From an uncultured Solibacteraceae bacterium (GTDB taxonomy: Bacteria > Acidobacteriota > Terriglobia > Bryobacterales > Bryobacteraceae), in NCBI GenBank assembly GCA_963811575.1, contig CAWERY010000015.1, positions 8,325-72,324 on the forward strand: a DNA stretch of 64,000 bases. Reading direction: 5' to 3'. The notes under the pieces are model-generated. The model made no database searches, was not told where the DNA came from, and saw only the letters and a program-made list of their open reading frames with translations. How positions within the stretch are numbered: the stretch's first letter is position 1; each line of letters starts with the position of its first letter. Below are positions 41,393 to 50,350 of the stretch, in pieces. The translations under genes were made by a program, and so were the position numbers.

Positions 41393-44070
41393 GTTCACGC
41401 GTAACGGCAGGGGACGAGAGGCCGCTGGTTTCGGTTGTCCTCCCTGTCTATAACGGCGAGCGCTTCGTCGCCCAGACGATTGAATCCGCGCTCCGCCAGA
41501 CCTATCGGAACCTCGAAATCATCGTAGTGGACGATGGATCGACCGATCAGACCGCATCGCTGATCCAGAGTATTGCGGCGCGCGACCCGCGGGTTCGAAT
41601 CTTTCACCAACCCAACAGCGGCGTAGCGCGGGCCAGAAATCGCGGGCTGGAAGAATCACGCGGCGAGTTTGTGGCGCCGTTGGACTCCGACGATCTCTGG
41701 GATCCCGCCAAGATCGAAGAGCAGGTCCGGATCATGCAGCAAGGCGGCGACGCGATTGGCCTGGTCTACTGCTGGTGGGTTTGGATCGATGAGAAGGGCG
41801 TGATTCTGGACCGGTCGCCTTCGTGGGAAATCGAAGGGGATGCCGGTGACCTGCTGCTGCAGGTGAACTATACGGGTAACGCGAGCGTACCGTTGTACCG
41901 GCGCAAGTATCTGCAGGAGGTCGGCGGATACGACGAGAGCATGGAGCAGCGAGACGGCCGGGGATGCGAGGATTGGGACGTCGCGTTAAGAATCGCCGCG
42001 CGGTACCCGGTCGCGGTCGCACGCCAACTGCTGGTGGGCTACCGGCGCTTGCCGGATAGCATGTCCACGCACTGCGATGAGATGTGGCGGTCGCGGCAGT
42101 TGTTGATCAGCGGGGCAGTGGAGCGAGATCCGGATTTAGATCCGCAATTACTTCGGCGTTCCACCGATCAGTTCGCGCTATACGTGGCCGGAGTACTGTT
42201 CCGATCGGGCGCGTATGTACGATCGTTCGGCTGGGCGGCGCGGGCCTGGCGGACGGGCCTCATCTTCCGCGTTTTGCCTTACGGGTTTCGCGCACTGGCC
42301 AACGGCGCATTGTCTCGCCGTTCGCTTTCCAAGCAAGTGATGACGGCGGGAGCCGGACTGGACAGCAGCGCCATTCCCGCAGCTCTGATTCCCTACGACC
42401 GCTTGTATCCGGCGCAAGCCGAAGCCGGCCCGGTTCGGAGTTCCGGCGTGCTGCAGTCCAAGATCGTGCAGTTCTTATTCGTAATTCTGACCTTTCTTTT
42501 CGTGGCGGGACTGCACCGGGATGACGATGGTTTGGCGTTTCAGGGGGACGCGCCCCGGCATGCGATCAATGGCCTGTTCTGGTATGACATGGCTACCAGC
42601 GGCACCACGGACTTCATCGGTTTTGCGACGCGTTATTACGCGCGTTATCCGGTGATCAATCCCATCACCTACCCGCCGCTTTTCTACCTGCTGGAAGGCT
42701 GCGCGTTTCGGATTTTCGGGCCTACGCCCTACGCGGCCAAAGCGCTGATTTTGCTGTTCGGGATTTTGGCGGGTTGCTACAGCATGGCGTGGGCGAGGCG
42801 CTGGGTAGGACCGGTTTACGGCTGGACGGGGGTCTTTCTCGCCCTCTTGCCCGGCGTTGTTGTGTGGTCGACCACGGTGATGTTGAACGTGCCGGCCCTG
42901 GCCCTGGGGATGGCGAGCCTCTACCACGCGCGGCGCTGGGTGGAATCCGGCGGCGGCAGGCGAGCGGTAGTGTGCGGCGCCCTCTGTGCGGCCACTCTGT
43001 TCACCTACTATCAAGGCGGCATCGCGATTGCGATTGGCCTTGTGTGGACGCTGTTTTTACGATCAAGCCGCAACCGCTCCCGGCAGGCCCTGGCAATTGC
43101 CGGGGTAGCATTACTTGCCGCGATACCGGTGCTGCTGGCGGCCGCATTTGCCCCGATGTTCCTGCAGCGCAATGTGCCGAGCCTGGCGAAGTTGATGGGA
43201 GCAGAAACCTTCACCTTTTACCTATCCAGTTTGCCGGCGTTGGTGGGTGCGGCGCCCTTAGCGCTCGGTACGCTCGGGATTGTGCTCGGGATACGCAGTG
43301 CTGTGTGGAGGAAGGAAGCCCAACTGGTCGCGCTGTGGATCCTCATACCACTGACGGCATTCTCCCTTTTGCCTGCGAAAGACTCGCGCTACGTGCTGAT
43401 TGTTGCCCCGGCCTTCTTAGTGGGAGCGGCGATCGGGATCGCCTCCCTGGCCGCGCAATACCGGGCTGTCTGGCAATCCGCAGTCTGGCAATCCACTGTC
43501 TGGCAATCCACGGTCTTAATCGCGATGCTCGCGTTGGGCGCCTGGAGTGCATCGCGAGTTCCCACACTGCACAAATCCGGCTTCCGCGCGGTGGCGTTGT
43601 ACCTGCAGCAGCACGCTCCGGACGAAGCCGTTCTCTACGACGGATACCATGACGGGCTTTTCGGATTCTATCTGCGCGCATCGGATCCGGGTTTCAAGCG
43701 CAGGCTTGTGTTGGGGCAGCAGGTGCTTTATCGTTTCGGACCAGCCACGACCTTCGACTGGGTGGAGACTGTGAACGCCGATTCACGAGCGGCGGTGGTC
43801 CGGTCGCTGCAGATGGAATCGGGCTGCCGGTGGCTGGCAATTGAAGTGGGAGCCAATTCGGAATGGGCGCGAGGGCAGCGTCTGTTGCGAGATGCAGTGA
43901 GAGGGCCGGAGTTCGAACTGGTGCGGACTTTTCCCGTGATCGCGCCGAATGCGACCCGCGTGGATCTGTACCGCCAGGTGGGAGCGGTGGCGCCGAAATC
44001 CACAATCGATCTGAAAATGACTTCGCTCGGCGAACACATTTTTCGCGGTGTTCAACCGATAACCAGATAG
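41389..44070 (+). CDS. fusion of GT2 glycosyltransferase with ArnT/PMT-like (GT-C) polytopic membrane glycosyltransferase domain
   Basis: TTG start overlaps the previous stop (TTGA); an upstream ATG is less likely. GT2 motifs VSVVLPVYNGERF, VVDDGSTD, LDSDD. Then at least 9 hydrophobic segments with a YPPLFY-type loop, as in GT-C enzymes. Confidence 0.75.
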   Translation: MSSRVTAGDERPLVSVVLPVYNGERFVAQTIESALRQTYRNLEIIVVDDGSTDQTASLIQSIAARDPRVRIFHQPNSGVARARNRGLEESRGEFVAPLDSDDLWDPAKIEEQVRIMQQGGDAIGLVYCWWVWIDEKGVILDRSPSWEIEGDAGDLLLQVNYTGNASVPLYRRKYLQEVGGYDESMEQRDGRGCEDWDVALRIAARYPVAVARQLLVGYRRLPDSMSTHCDEMWRSRQLLISGAVERDPDLDPQLLRRSTDQFALYVAGVLFRSGAYVRSFGWAARAWRTGLIFRVLPYGFRALANGALSRRSLSKQVMTAGAGLDSSAIPAALIPYDRLYPAQAEAGPVRSSGVLQSKIVQFLFVILTFLFVAGLHRDDDGLAFQGDAPRHAINGLFWYDMATSGTTDFIGFATRYYARYPVINPITYPPLFYLLEGCAFRIFGPTPYAAKALILLFGILAGCYSMAWARRWVGPVYGWTGVFLALLPGVVVWSTTVMLNVPALALGMASLYHARRWVESGGGRRAVVCGALCAATLFTYYQGGIAIAIGLVWTLFLRSSRNRSRQALAIAGVALLAAIPVLLAAAFAPMFLQRNVPSLAKLMGAETFTFYLSSLPALVGAAPLALGTLGIVLGIRSAVWRKEAQLVALWILIPLTAFSLLPAKDSRYVLIVAPAFLVGAAIGIASLAAQYRAVWQSAVWQSTVWQSTVLIAMLALGAWSASRVPTLHKSGFRAVALYLQQHAPDEAVLYDGYHDGLFGFYLRASDPGFKRRLVLGQQVLYRFGPATTFDWVETVNADSRAAVVRSLQMESGCRWLAIEVGANSEWARGQRLLRDAVRGPEFELVRTFPVIAPNATRVDLYRQVGAVAPKSTIDLKMTSLGEHIFRGVQPITR
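43468..43515. repeat. in-frame 15-bp tandem repeat x3.2 (GTCTGGCAATCCNCN) encoding VWQS(A/T)
   Basis: gtctggcaatccgca / gtctggcaatccact / gtctggcaatccacg / gtc. Lies within the membrane domain of the GT2-GT-C fusion. Confidence 0.9.
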
Positions 44071-44073
44071 CAA

Positions 44074-45306
44074 ATGAAAATAGGCCTCCTTTCCTTCGAG
44101 TTCCCACCAGAGACCGGCTTCGGCGGGATCGGTTCGTACACGTGGTATCAGGCCCGTGCCCTGGCGAGACTGGGCCACGAAGTGCACGTCCTGGCCGGAC
44201 TCAAAGAGCAGGGTCCACTGACGACGCTGGAACGCAACGACATTTTCGTTCACCGGTACCGTCCCGGCGGGCTCGCTATGCAGCTTTTCGGCGGGTTGGG
44301 GCGTTGGAAATGCTGGTGGTCCCGGCAGCGGCTCGAGAACGGTTGGGGCATGTATCTCGCGCTGAAGGCGCTGCAGGAAAGGTACCACTTCGACGTCCTG
44401 GAAATGCCGGAGTGCGGGGCGGAGGGACTGCTGATCAACTCAAAGATCGATGTTCCCACGATCGTGCGCTTCCATTCGCCTTCGCGTTTGATTATGCCGT
44501 TTTATGATGTTCCGAAGAAGGACGTAGTATTGTGCTCGTGGTTGGAGCGCAGGGCTATACGGAAGGCTACCGCGCTGAGTTCCTGCTCGAGTTTCCTGGC
44601 GGGAGAGGTTCAGACGAAGATGGGAGTGAACACGCCGATCAGCGTAATTCCGAACGGCATCGACCTGGAGCTTTTCGACCGGCAGGAGCGGCTGGACGTG
44701 GCTGCGAAATACGGCTTGCCCCGCGATAAACCGATTATCTTTTTCGCGGGACGCATGGAGCGCCGTAAGGGCATCCATCTGTGCGGAGAGGTAGTCAGCC
44801 AGGTGCTGCGCGATCACGATGCCGCATTTGTATTTGCCGGACAGGACCTGTTCGGATACATGGAGAATACACTGCTGCCATCGCTCAGCAGCCAGCAACT
44901 CAAAGGCTCCGTGCATTATCTGGGGAAACTGGGCCTGGATGAAGTGCGGTCTTTTGTCAACGCCGCCGATATTTTCCTGCTGCCCAGCCTTTGGGAAAAC
45001 CTTCCCTATTCCTGCCTGGAAGCAATGGCGGCGGGCCGCGCGATTGTAGCTTCCGCGCAGGGAGGAGTGCCGGAGTTGATCCAGCACGGGCAGAACGGAC
45101 TGCTGGCGGCTGCCGGCGACGCGGAGTCATTCGTGCAGGCAATTCGAATGTTACTGAACGACAAATCACTCCGCTGCCGGCTGGGCCGCGCCGCGCGGGA
45201 TACGGTGCGGCAGCAGTTTACGGACACGCGAGTTGCTCAGTTGTCCGTGGATTTCTATTCGAACGTGATTGATGCCCACCTCGAAGGAGGCAGACGGATC
45301 CAATGA
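44074..45306 (+). CDS. family-4 (GT-B) glycosyltransferase
   Basis: MKIGLLSFEFPPETGFGGIGSYT N-terminus. ...LPSLWENLPYSCLEAMAAGRAIVASAQGG E-x7-E region. 410 aa, intact. Confidence 0.85.
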   Translation: MKIGLLSFEFPPETGFGGIGSYTWYQARALARLGHEVHVLAGLKEQGPLTTLERNDIFVHRYRPGGLAMQLFGGLGRWKCWWSRQRLENGWGMYLALKALQERYHFDVLEMPECGAEGLLINSKIDVPTIVRFHSPSRLIMPFYDVPKKDVVLCSWLERRAIRKATALSSCSSFLAGEVQTKMGVNTPISVIPNGIDLELFDRQERLDVAAKYGLPRDKPIIFFAGRMERRKGIHLCGEVVSQVLRDHDAAFVFAGQDLFGYMENTLLPSLSSQQLKGSVHYLGKLGLDEVRSFVNAADIFLLPSLWENLPYSCLEAMAAGRAIVASAQGGVPELIQHGQNGLLAAAGDAESFVQAIRMLLNDKSLRCRLGRAARDTVRQQFTDTRVAQLSVDFYSNVIDAHLEGGRRIQ

Positions 45307-47792
45307 ATTTTCTGAATTATCTGCGTAAGCCAAGTCCGGTGCGCCGTCCCTGGCAGAGCATGTCTCTGCCCGCGCAACTGACCGGGATCAAGTCCATGCT
45401 GTCCGCCGAGGAAAAGCAGTATTTGTGCTGGCTGACCGCCGAACAGTTTGAGGGATGGGGTGCGGTGGTGGACCTGGGACCCTGGCTGGGGAGCAGTAGC
45501 TCGTCCCTGGCGGAAGGGCTGAAGCGGCGCGGGTCCGAGGCTCAAATCCACAGCATCGATTTATTTCGATGGGAACCTGGTTACATGGAGCCGGTCGCGC
45601 CTACGGGTCTGGCCGACGGAGCGGACTTTCTGCCGGTTTTCCAACAGGAGACAGCCGCGTATTCCGCGTGGATCAATCCCCGAAAAGAGGATCTCACCAA
45701 TTTTTCCTGGGACGGTGGACCGATTGAGATTCTGTTTGTAGACGCCGCCAAAAGTTGGGAGCTCACCAACGCTATTTTCCGGGGTTTCGGTCCGTTCATC
45801 GTGCCCGGGAAGACCAGAGTGGTGCTGCAGGATTTCCGGTATTACGAGACGCACTGGCTTCCGCTGATTTTCGACAGCCGCCCCGATCTCTGGGAGGAGA
45901 TCGAATCGGTAGCGGAGGGCCACACCGTGACCTTTGTGCCACTGAAGCCGCTGATGGGCCCTGCAGGAATACAGACCGACTATTCGGAAGATGCATTTCC
46001 ACTGGCGCCGGCCGAGTGCCTGCTGAGGAAGCGGATTGGCACGGAAGAAGCTTCGCAGCAGCACTGGTACCTGAGGATGCTCTATCGCAAGTACCTGTTG
46101 GACGGGTCTTCGGAGGAAGCGCAGAAGCTGCGGGCAACCCTGCTTTCGGATGGCACGATACCGGAAGCGGAGCTGTCGAAGATCGAGAATGTCGAGCACA
46201 TTCTAGTGCCTCGCGGATGGAAGTATTACGGCCAGGGCGATTACCGGACGGCCGCAGAGGTTGCCCGGCAATCCATCCGGATCTGTCCGACGGGGCAAAC
46301 CCACGCGCTCTCGTTGTTGGCTTTCTCTCTTTTGCAATTGGGCGATCGAAAAGCAGCTGGTCAGTGCCTGCAAGAAATCCTCGCAAGCGACCCCACGTCG
46401 GTTTCGACGCGGCTAGGGTGCGCGGAGATTGCAGTGGCGGAAGAGGAATTCGAAGATGCGGAACGGAGGGTACTGGATGTACTCTCCGGCTCCATTTCCG
46501 ATGGGTCCACCGTCTCCTGGGCGCTGAGACTGCTCGAAGAGATTTGGCAAGCTGCCGGCCCGAGCGGATCGCGTTTGGCGAAGCTGCAGGGGATGCCAGA
46601 CGACGTGAAGGCGACTCCCCAGTTTCTAGAGCTTTTGGCCCGCGAACAGCGTACCGCCGGCTTAAACTCGGATGCGATGAGCTCCGTGGAAGGCGCGTTG
46701 AAGACGGTCACCGAGGAGATCGCAGCCAAACGATTGCGGGCTGAATGGCACGCTTTGGCGGACCTCCAGCCAGTGGGGGCTGTGGAATCCGCCGCCGGCG
46801 GCCTGCACCGTCCGGAAGTTCCGAGCCGGCTGCCGGCGCTGGCGGGAGTCACGCTGGGCGAACTGGCGAGCGAGACGCTGGCGCGGGCCAAGGAGGGCGA
46901 TTTCGGCGCTTCGGAGGAAGCCATCCTCCTGGCGCTGGAATTGGACGGCGAGCTGGAGCGCGCCCTGGAGCTGCATAACAACCGGTTTTCGATCCGCAGG
47001 TATCACGACCTGTTCGACAGTTTCTATCGCTACGTGGGCCCTCCCGCGCCGCCCTTAGAAGGGGCTACGATTGTGGACCTGGGTTGCGGGTCGCTGAACC
47101 CGTTCGGATTTCTGTTCGTGCTGTTAATGCTTGGCGCACGCCGCGGAATCGCGGTCGACCTGGAGACGATTCACGACTGGCCTCGCGCTACGAGCGCACT
47201 GGCAGCGGTGGCGGCAAGCATGCTGGTTGCACCGGATCGAATTGTCGGCGACCATCCGGTACAGGTTGCGCAGCTGTTGAAGAATATCGCGTCGTTCGAC
47301 CTGGCTAAGCTGCGGGCCGGCGACCGCACCGGGATCGACCCGGCGAGATTGGTTTACCGGCGCGAATCGGTGCAGGCTTTATCGCTCCAGAACGCGGAGG
47401 CCGACCTCGTCGTGTCGAATGCGTTCTTCGAACACATTCCGGAAGTTGAGCCGGCGATCGTCGAATTGGCGCGTGTAACGCGGCCCGGCGGTATGGGAGT
47501 GCATGTGATCGATTGCTCCGACCACCGGCGGTATCACGACGCGCGGGTACACCCATTGCAGTTTCTGACCGAGAGCCACGAGGGAGCTCTCGCGCACGGG
47601 AGCAACCGCCTTCGTCCCGCGGAGTTTGTGAAGATTTTCGAGCGCAACGGCTTCGAGGTAGTCAAGGTGGAGTCATTTCAACAAGCGGACGTAACCTCTG
47701 AACTCCGCGACCTGCTGGTGGCACCGTATCGGATGATGCCAGGGAAGATGCTGGTGGACACGATCGTCAAGCTGGTGGTGCGGCGATGCTAG
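45303..47792 (+). CDS. multidomain protein: TylF/Methyltransf_24-like module, TPR region, C-terminal class I SAM-methyltransferase
   Basis: N-terminal EEKQYLCWLT...VVDLGPWLGSSS...ILFVDAAKSWELT...VVLQDF. TPR-like helical repeats. C-terminal IVDLGCGSLNPFG...VSNAFFEHIPE...TRPGGMGV. ATGA overlap with the preceding GT4. Confidence 0.65.
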   Translation: MNFLNYLRKPSPVRRPWQSMSLPAQLTGIKSMLSAEEKQYLCWLTAEQFEGWGAVVDLGPWLGSSSSSLAEGLKRRGSEAQIHSIDLFRWEPGYMEPVAPTGLADGADFLPVFQQETAAYSAWINPRKEDLTNFSWDGGPIEILFVDAAKSWELTNAIFRGFGPFIVPGKTRVVLQDFRYYETHWLPLIFDSRPDLWEEIESVAEGHTVTFVPLKPLMGPAGIQTDYSEDAFPLAPAECLLRKRIGTEEASQQHWYLRMLYRKYLLDGSSEEAQKLRATLLSDGTIPEAELSKIENVEHILVPRGWKYYGQGDYRTAAEVARQSIRICPTGQTHALSLLAFSLLQLGDRKAAGQCLQEILASDPTSVSTRLGCAEIAVAEEEFEDAERRVLDVLSGSISDGSTVSWALRLLEEIWQAAGPSGSRLAKLQGMPDDVKATPQFLELLAREQRTAGLNSDAMSSVEGALKTVTEEIAAKRLRAEWHALADLQPVGAVESAAGGLHRPEVPSRLPALAGVTLGELASETLARAKEGDFGASEEAILLALELDGELERALELHNNRFSIRRYHDLFDSFYRYVGPPAPPLEGATIVDLGCGSLNPFGFLFVLLMLGARRGIAVDLETIHDWPRATSALAAVAASMLVAPDRIVGDHPVQVAQLLKNIASFDLAKLRAGDRTGIDPARLVYRRESVQALSLQNAEADLVVSNAFFEHIPEVEPAIVELARVTRPGGMGVHVIDCSDHRRYHDARVHPLQFLTESHEGALAHGSNRLRPAEFVKIFERNGFEVVKVESFQQADVTSELRDLLVAPYRMMPGKMLVDTIVKLVVRRC

Positions 47793-47879
47793 GTCATCCG
47801 GCGCGGGGTTGAAGTCACCCGGGCCGACCGTTTGCAGGAGCCGCAAAATGCCGCGCTACCTGAAGACCCTCGCGCGAGA

Positions 47880-50183
47880 TTACTCCGCCTTGGCGGCGAG
47901 TGACACAACGACTGGCGGAGTGAACGCGCTCCACTGATCCCGGCAAGCGGCGGCAAAGGGATAGTCCGGCGCCAGAGCCAAGGCGCGATGCACGTTTTCC
48001 ATCGCCGCAGCTTTCTCGCCGGCATAGAACTGTTCGGTCGCCAAATGGGTGAGAAAAGCGGGGCTGTGGCTTAAGCTGGCGGCCAGTTCGGCCAACACCG
48101 GCAGATGCGTTCCCTGGAGACCCTGGGCAGTCCAGGCCCGGAAAAGCAGACATAGAGTCCAATGGACGGTCGATTCGTCGAGTTGGAGTGTGCTCAAAAC
48201 GGCGAGTGCTTGGGCAGCTGCTTCTTCGTATCGCGCTTCGGACAAGGCGATCTCAACTCCCAACAGCCTTCCCGAGGGAAAATCCGGTGAGATCAAGAGA
48301 ATCTGCTGCAAGGCAAGGTTGGCCCCTTCCATGTCTCCCAACCGCAGGCGCGCGAAACCCAGAAGTGTCGGGGGGTATACCGATACCGCGCCTTCGATCG
48401 ATATACATCGGTCTGCGAGCTCGCAAGCCATTTTGAAATCCCCTTGGCTCATTGCCTTCCAGCCTCGACCACAGAGAATATGATTCACACTCTCCATCGA
48501 CTTCAGATTGGTTTCATCGATCCCACCGGCGACGACTTCAGCTCGCAGCTTCAGGGACTCTTCTAACGGGCCATCGATCAGATACTTGCGATAGAGCGCC
48601 TGTAAGACGCGGTGCCGGTTAAAGGGTTCCTCCCTGGCCATCCGGCCCCGGAGCAGTATCTCCGCTGATTTCAGGGGAAATGACTCTTCCGCGTAGTCCG
48701 AGTCTATGCCGCAAGGTCCGAAGAGAGGCTTAAGGGGCATGAAGCTTACGGTAGTGCTGTATTGGACGTCTTCGACCTGTTTCCACAGATCAGGACGGCT
48801 GTCAAAGATTAGCGGCAGGCAGTGTGCGTAGTGAAAACGGAAATCCTGCAACACAATTCGGGACCGTCCCGGAACGAGGTGACGTGCGAATCCGTTGAGA
48901 ATCGCATTGGCCAACTCCCAGCTCTTTGCAGAATCGACGAAGAGGATCTCAATGGGCCCGCCGTCCCAGGCTGCTTCCATGAGGTCGAGTTTCCTTGGCT
49001 TGATCCAGGAGGCGTAGTCGGATGTTTGTTTCAAATAAAACGGCAGGAAATCTTCACCAATCTTCCAAACCGGACCGGCCTGCGCAGTCATGTAGTCTTC
49101 CCAACGAAAGAGGTCCAGGCTATGGATTTCGGCAGTAGAGTTCCGCCGGCGCAGTCCTTCAGCAAGGGCAGCGCTGCTGCTTCCGAGCCAGACGCCCAGC
49201 TCCACGATGGCCCCCCAGCCTTCATATTTTTCTTCTGTGAGCCAGATCAGGTATTGCTTCTCATCCTTCGACAGCATTGACGGAATCCGGTCCACTTCAG
49301 CCGGAACACAGACTTGGCTCCACGGTCTCAGCAGAGCCATCTCATCCACGGTGAGGCCGTGATGTAACACCCCAGATGTGAGGCTTTGCTCTTTCCCGGC
49401 GAGTTGGGCGGACAGATACCTCTCATGGAGAATCTTGAGGAAAAAACTTCGCTTGGATGGCTCTTCCCGGTCGATTCTGTCTCTGAGAATGCGATCCGCC
49501 GACTGGAGGGGAAACGCTTCTTCCGAGTAATCCGAGTGGATGCCGGCCGGGCCGGCCAGCGGCTTCAACGGTGTAAATGCCACCGTCCAGCCGTTGTCCA
49601 CATCCTCTACCTCTTCCCAAATATCGGGCCGGCTGTCGAACGCCAAGGGAAGCCAGGGACAATCAAAGCGAAAATCCTGAAGGACGACCCTGGAGCGCCC
49701 GGGCACAAGGAAGGGACCGAAACCGCGAAAGATGGCGTTCAGCAGTTCCCAGCTCTTTGCAGCATCGACGAACAGTATCTCAATCGGCCCTTCGTCCCAG
49801 CGGTAATCCCTCAGATCCTGCTTCCGGACGTCGATCCACGGGGCATAAGGGCCGATTTCCTGCGTGAAAAGATGAAGAAAATCATCGTCCTGATCAAGCC
49901 CGGTTGAAGCGAGTGGTTCCATATAATCGGGGTCCCACTGGAAGAGGTCAAAGCTGCGGACCCGCTGGTGCACTCCGCGGCGTTTGAGACCTTCGGCCAG
50001 TGCAGCGCTACTGCTTCCAAGCCAAGGTCCAAGATCTACGACGGCGCCCCATCCTTCAAATTTCTCCGACGTCAGCCAAGTCAGGTACTGTTTTTCTTCC
50101 GGAGTCAGCATGGAGCGCATGCCCGTGATGAAGTCGGGCAATGCGATGTTTTTCCAAGGCCGCGGGGCGCGCGTTATTTTCAT
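47880..50183 (-). CDS. paralogous protein with two tandem TylF/Methyltransf_24-like modules followed by TPR repeats
   Basis: Module 1 at 49419-50141 (EEKQYLTWLT...VVDLGPWLGSSS...ILFVDAAKSWELL). Module 2 at 48579-49301 (DEKQYLIWLT...IVELGVWLGSSS...ILFVDSAKSWELA). The C-terminal TPR region is collinear with the gene at 45303. Confidence 0.65.
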   Translation of the reverse strand: MKITRAPRPWKNIALPDFITGMRSMLTPEEKQYLTWLTSEKFEGWGAVVDLGPWLGSSSAALAEGLKRRGVHQRVRSFDLFQWDPDYMEPLASTGLDQDDDFLHLFTQEIGPYAPWIDVRKQDLRDYRWDEGPIEILFVDAAKSWELLNAIFRGFGPFLVPGRSRVVLQDFRFDCPWLPLAFDSRPDIWEEVEDVDNGWTVAFTPLKPLAGPAGIHSDYSEEAFPLQSADRILRDRIDREEPSKRSFFLKILHERYLSAQLAGKEQSLTSGVLHHGLTVDEMALLRPWSQVCVPAEVDRIPSMLSKDEKQYLIWLTEEKYEGWGAIVELGVWLGSSSAALAEGLRRRNSTAEIHSLDLFRWEDYMTAQAGPVWKIGEDFLPFYLKQTSDYASWIKPRKLDLMEAAWDGGPIEILFVDSAKSWELANAILNGFARHLVPGRSRIVLQDFRFHYAHCLPLIFDSRPDLWKQVEDVQYSTTVSFMPLKPLFGPCGIDSDYAEESFPLKSAEILLRGRMAREEPFNRHRVLQALYRKYLIDGPLEESLKLRAEVVAGGIDETNLKSMESVNHILCGRGWKAMSQGDFKMACELADRCISIEGAVSVYPPTLLGFARLRLGDMEGANLALQQILLISPDFPSGRLLGVEIALSEARYEEAAAQALAVLSTLQLDESTVHWTLCLLFRAWTAQGLQGTHLPVLAELAASLSHSPAFLTHLATEQFYAGEKAAAMENVHRALALAPDYPFAAACRDQWSAFTPPVVVSLAAKAE

Positions 50184-50350
50184 TTGACTGTCCTTTCCAC
50201 TCTTGAGTCTTCACTCGGAACATCGGTGGCTTGGCCTAGTAAAACAATATACCTGCTTATCGCGAGAGACTAATAGCCTGGAGTTCCAGGCTGGACAGCC
50301 GGCAGCGGATGCTCGGCCTGGTGGCATAATCAGTTGAGCTAAAAAACTCC

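Noticed and set aside
47793-47879. Bidirectional terminator between the convergent methyltransferase-like/TPR paralogs
   Set aside because: Only imperfect GC-rich complementarity (CGGCGCGGGG...CCCGGGCCG) and no U-tract on either strand, so it cannot be supported from sequence alone.
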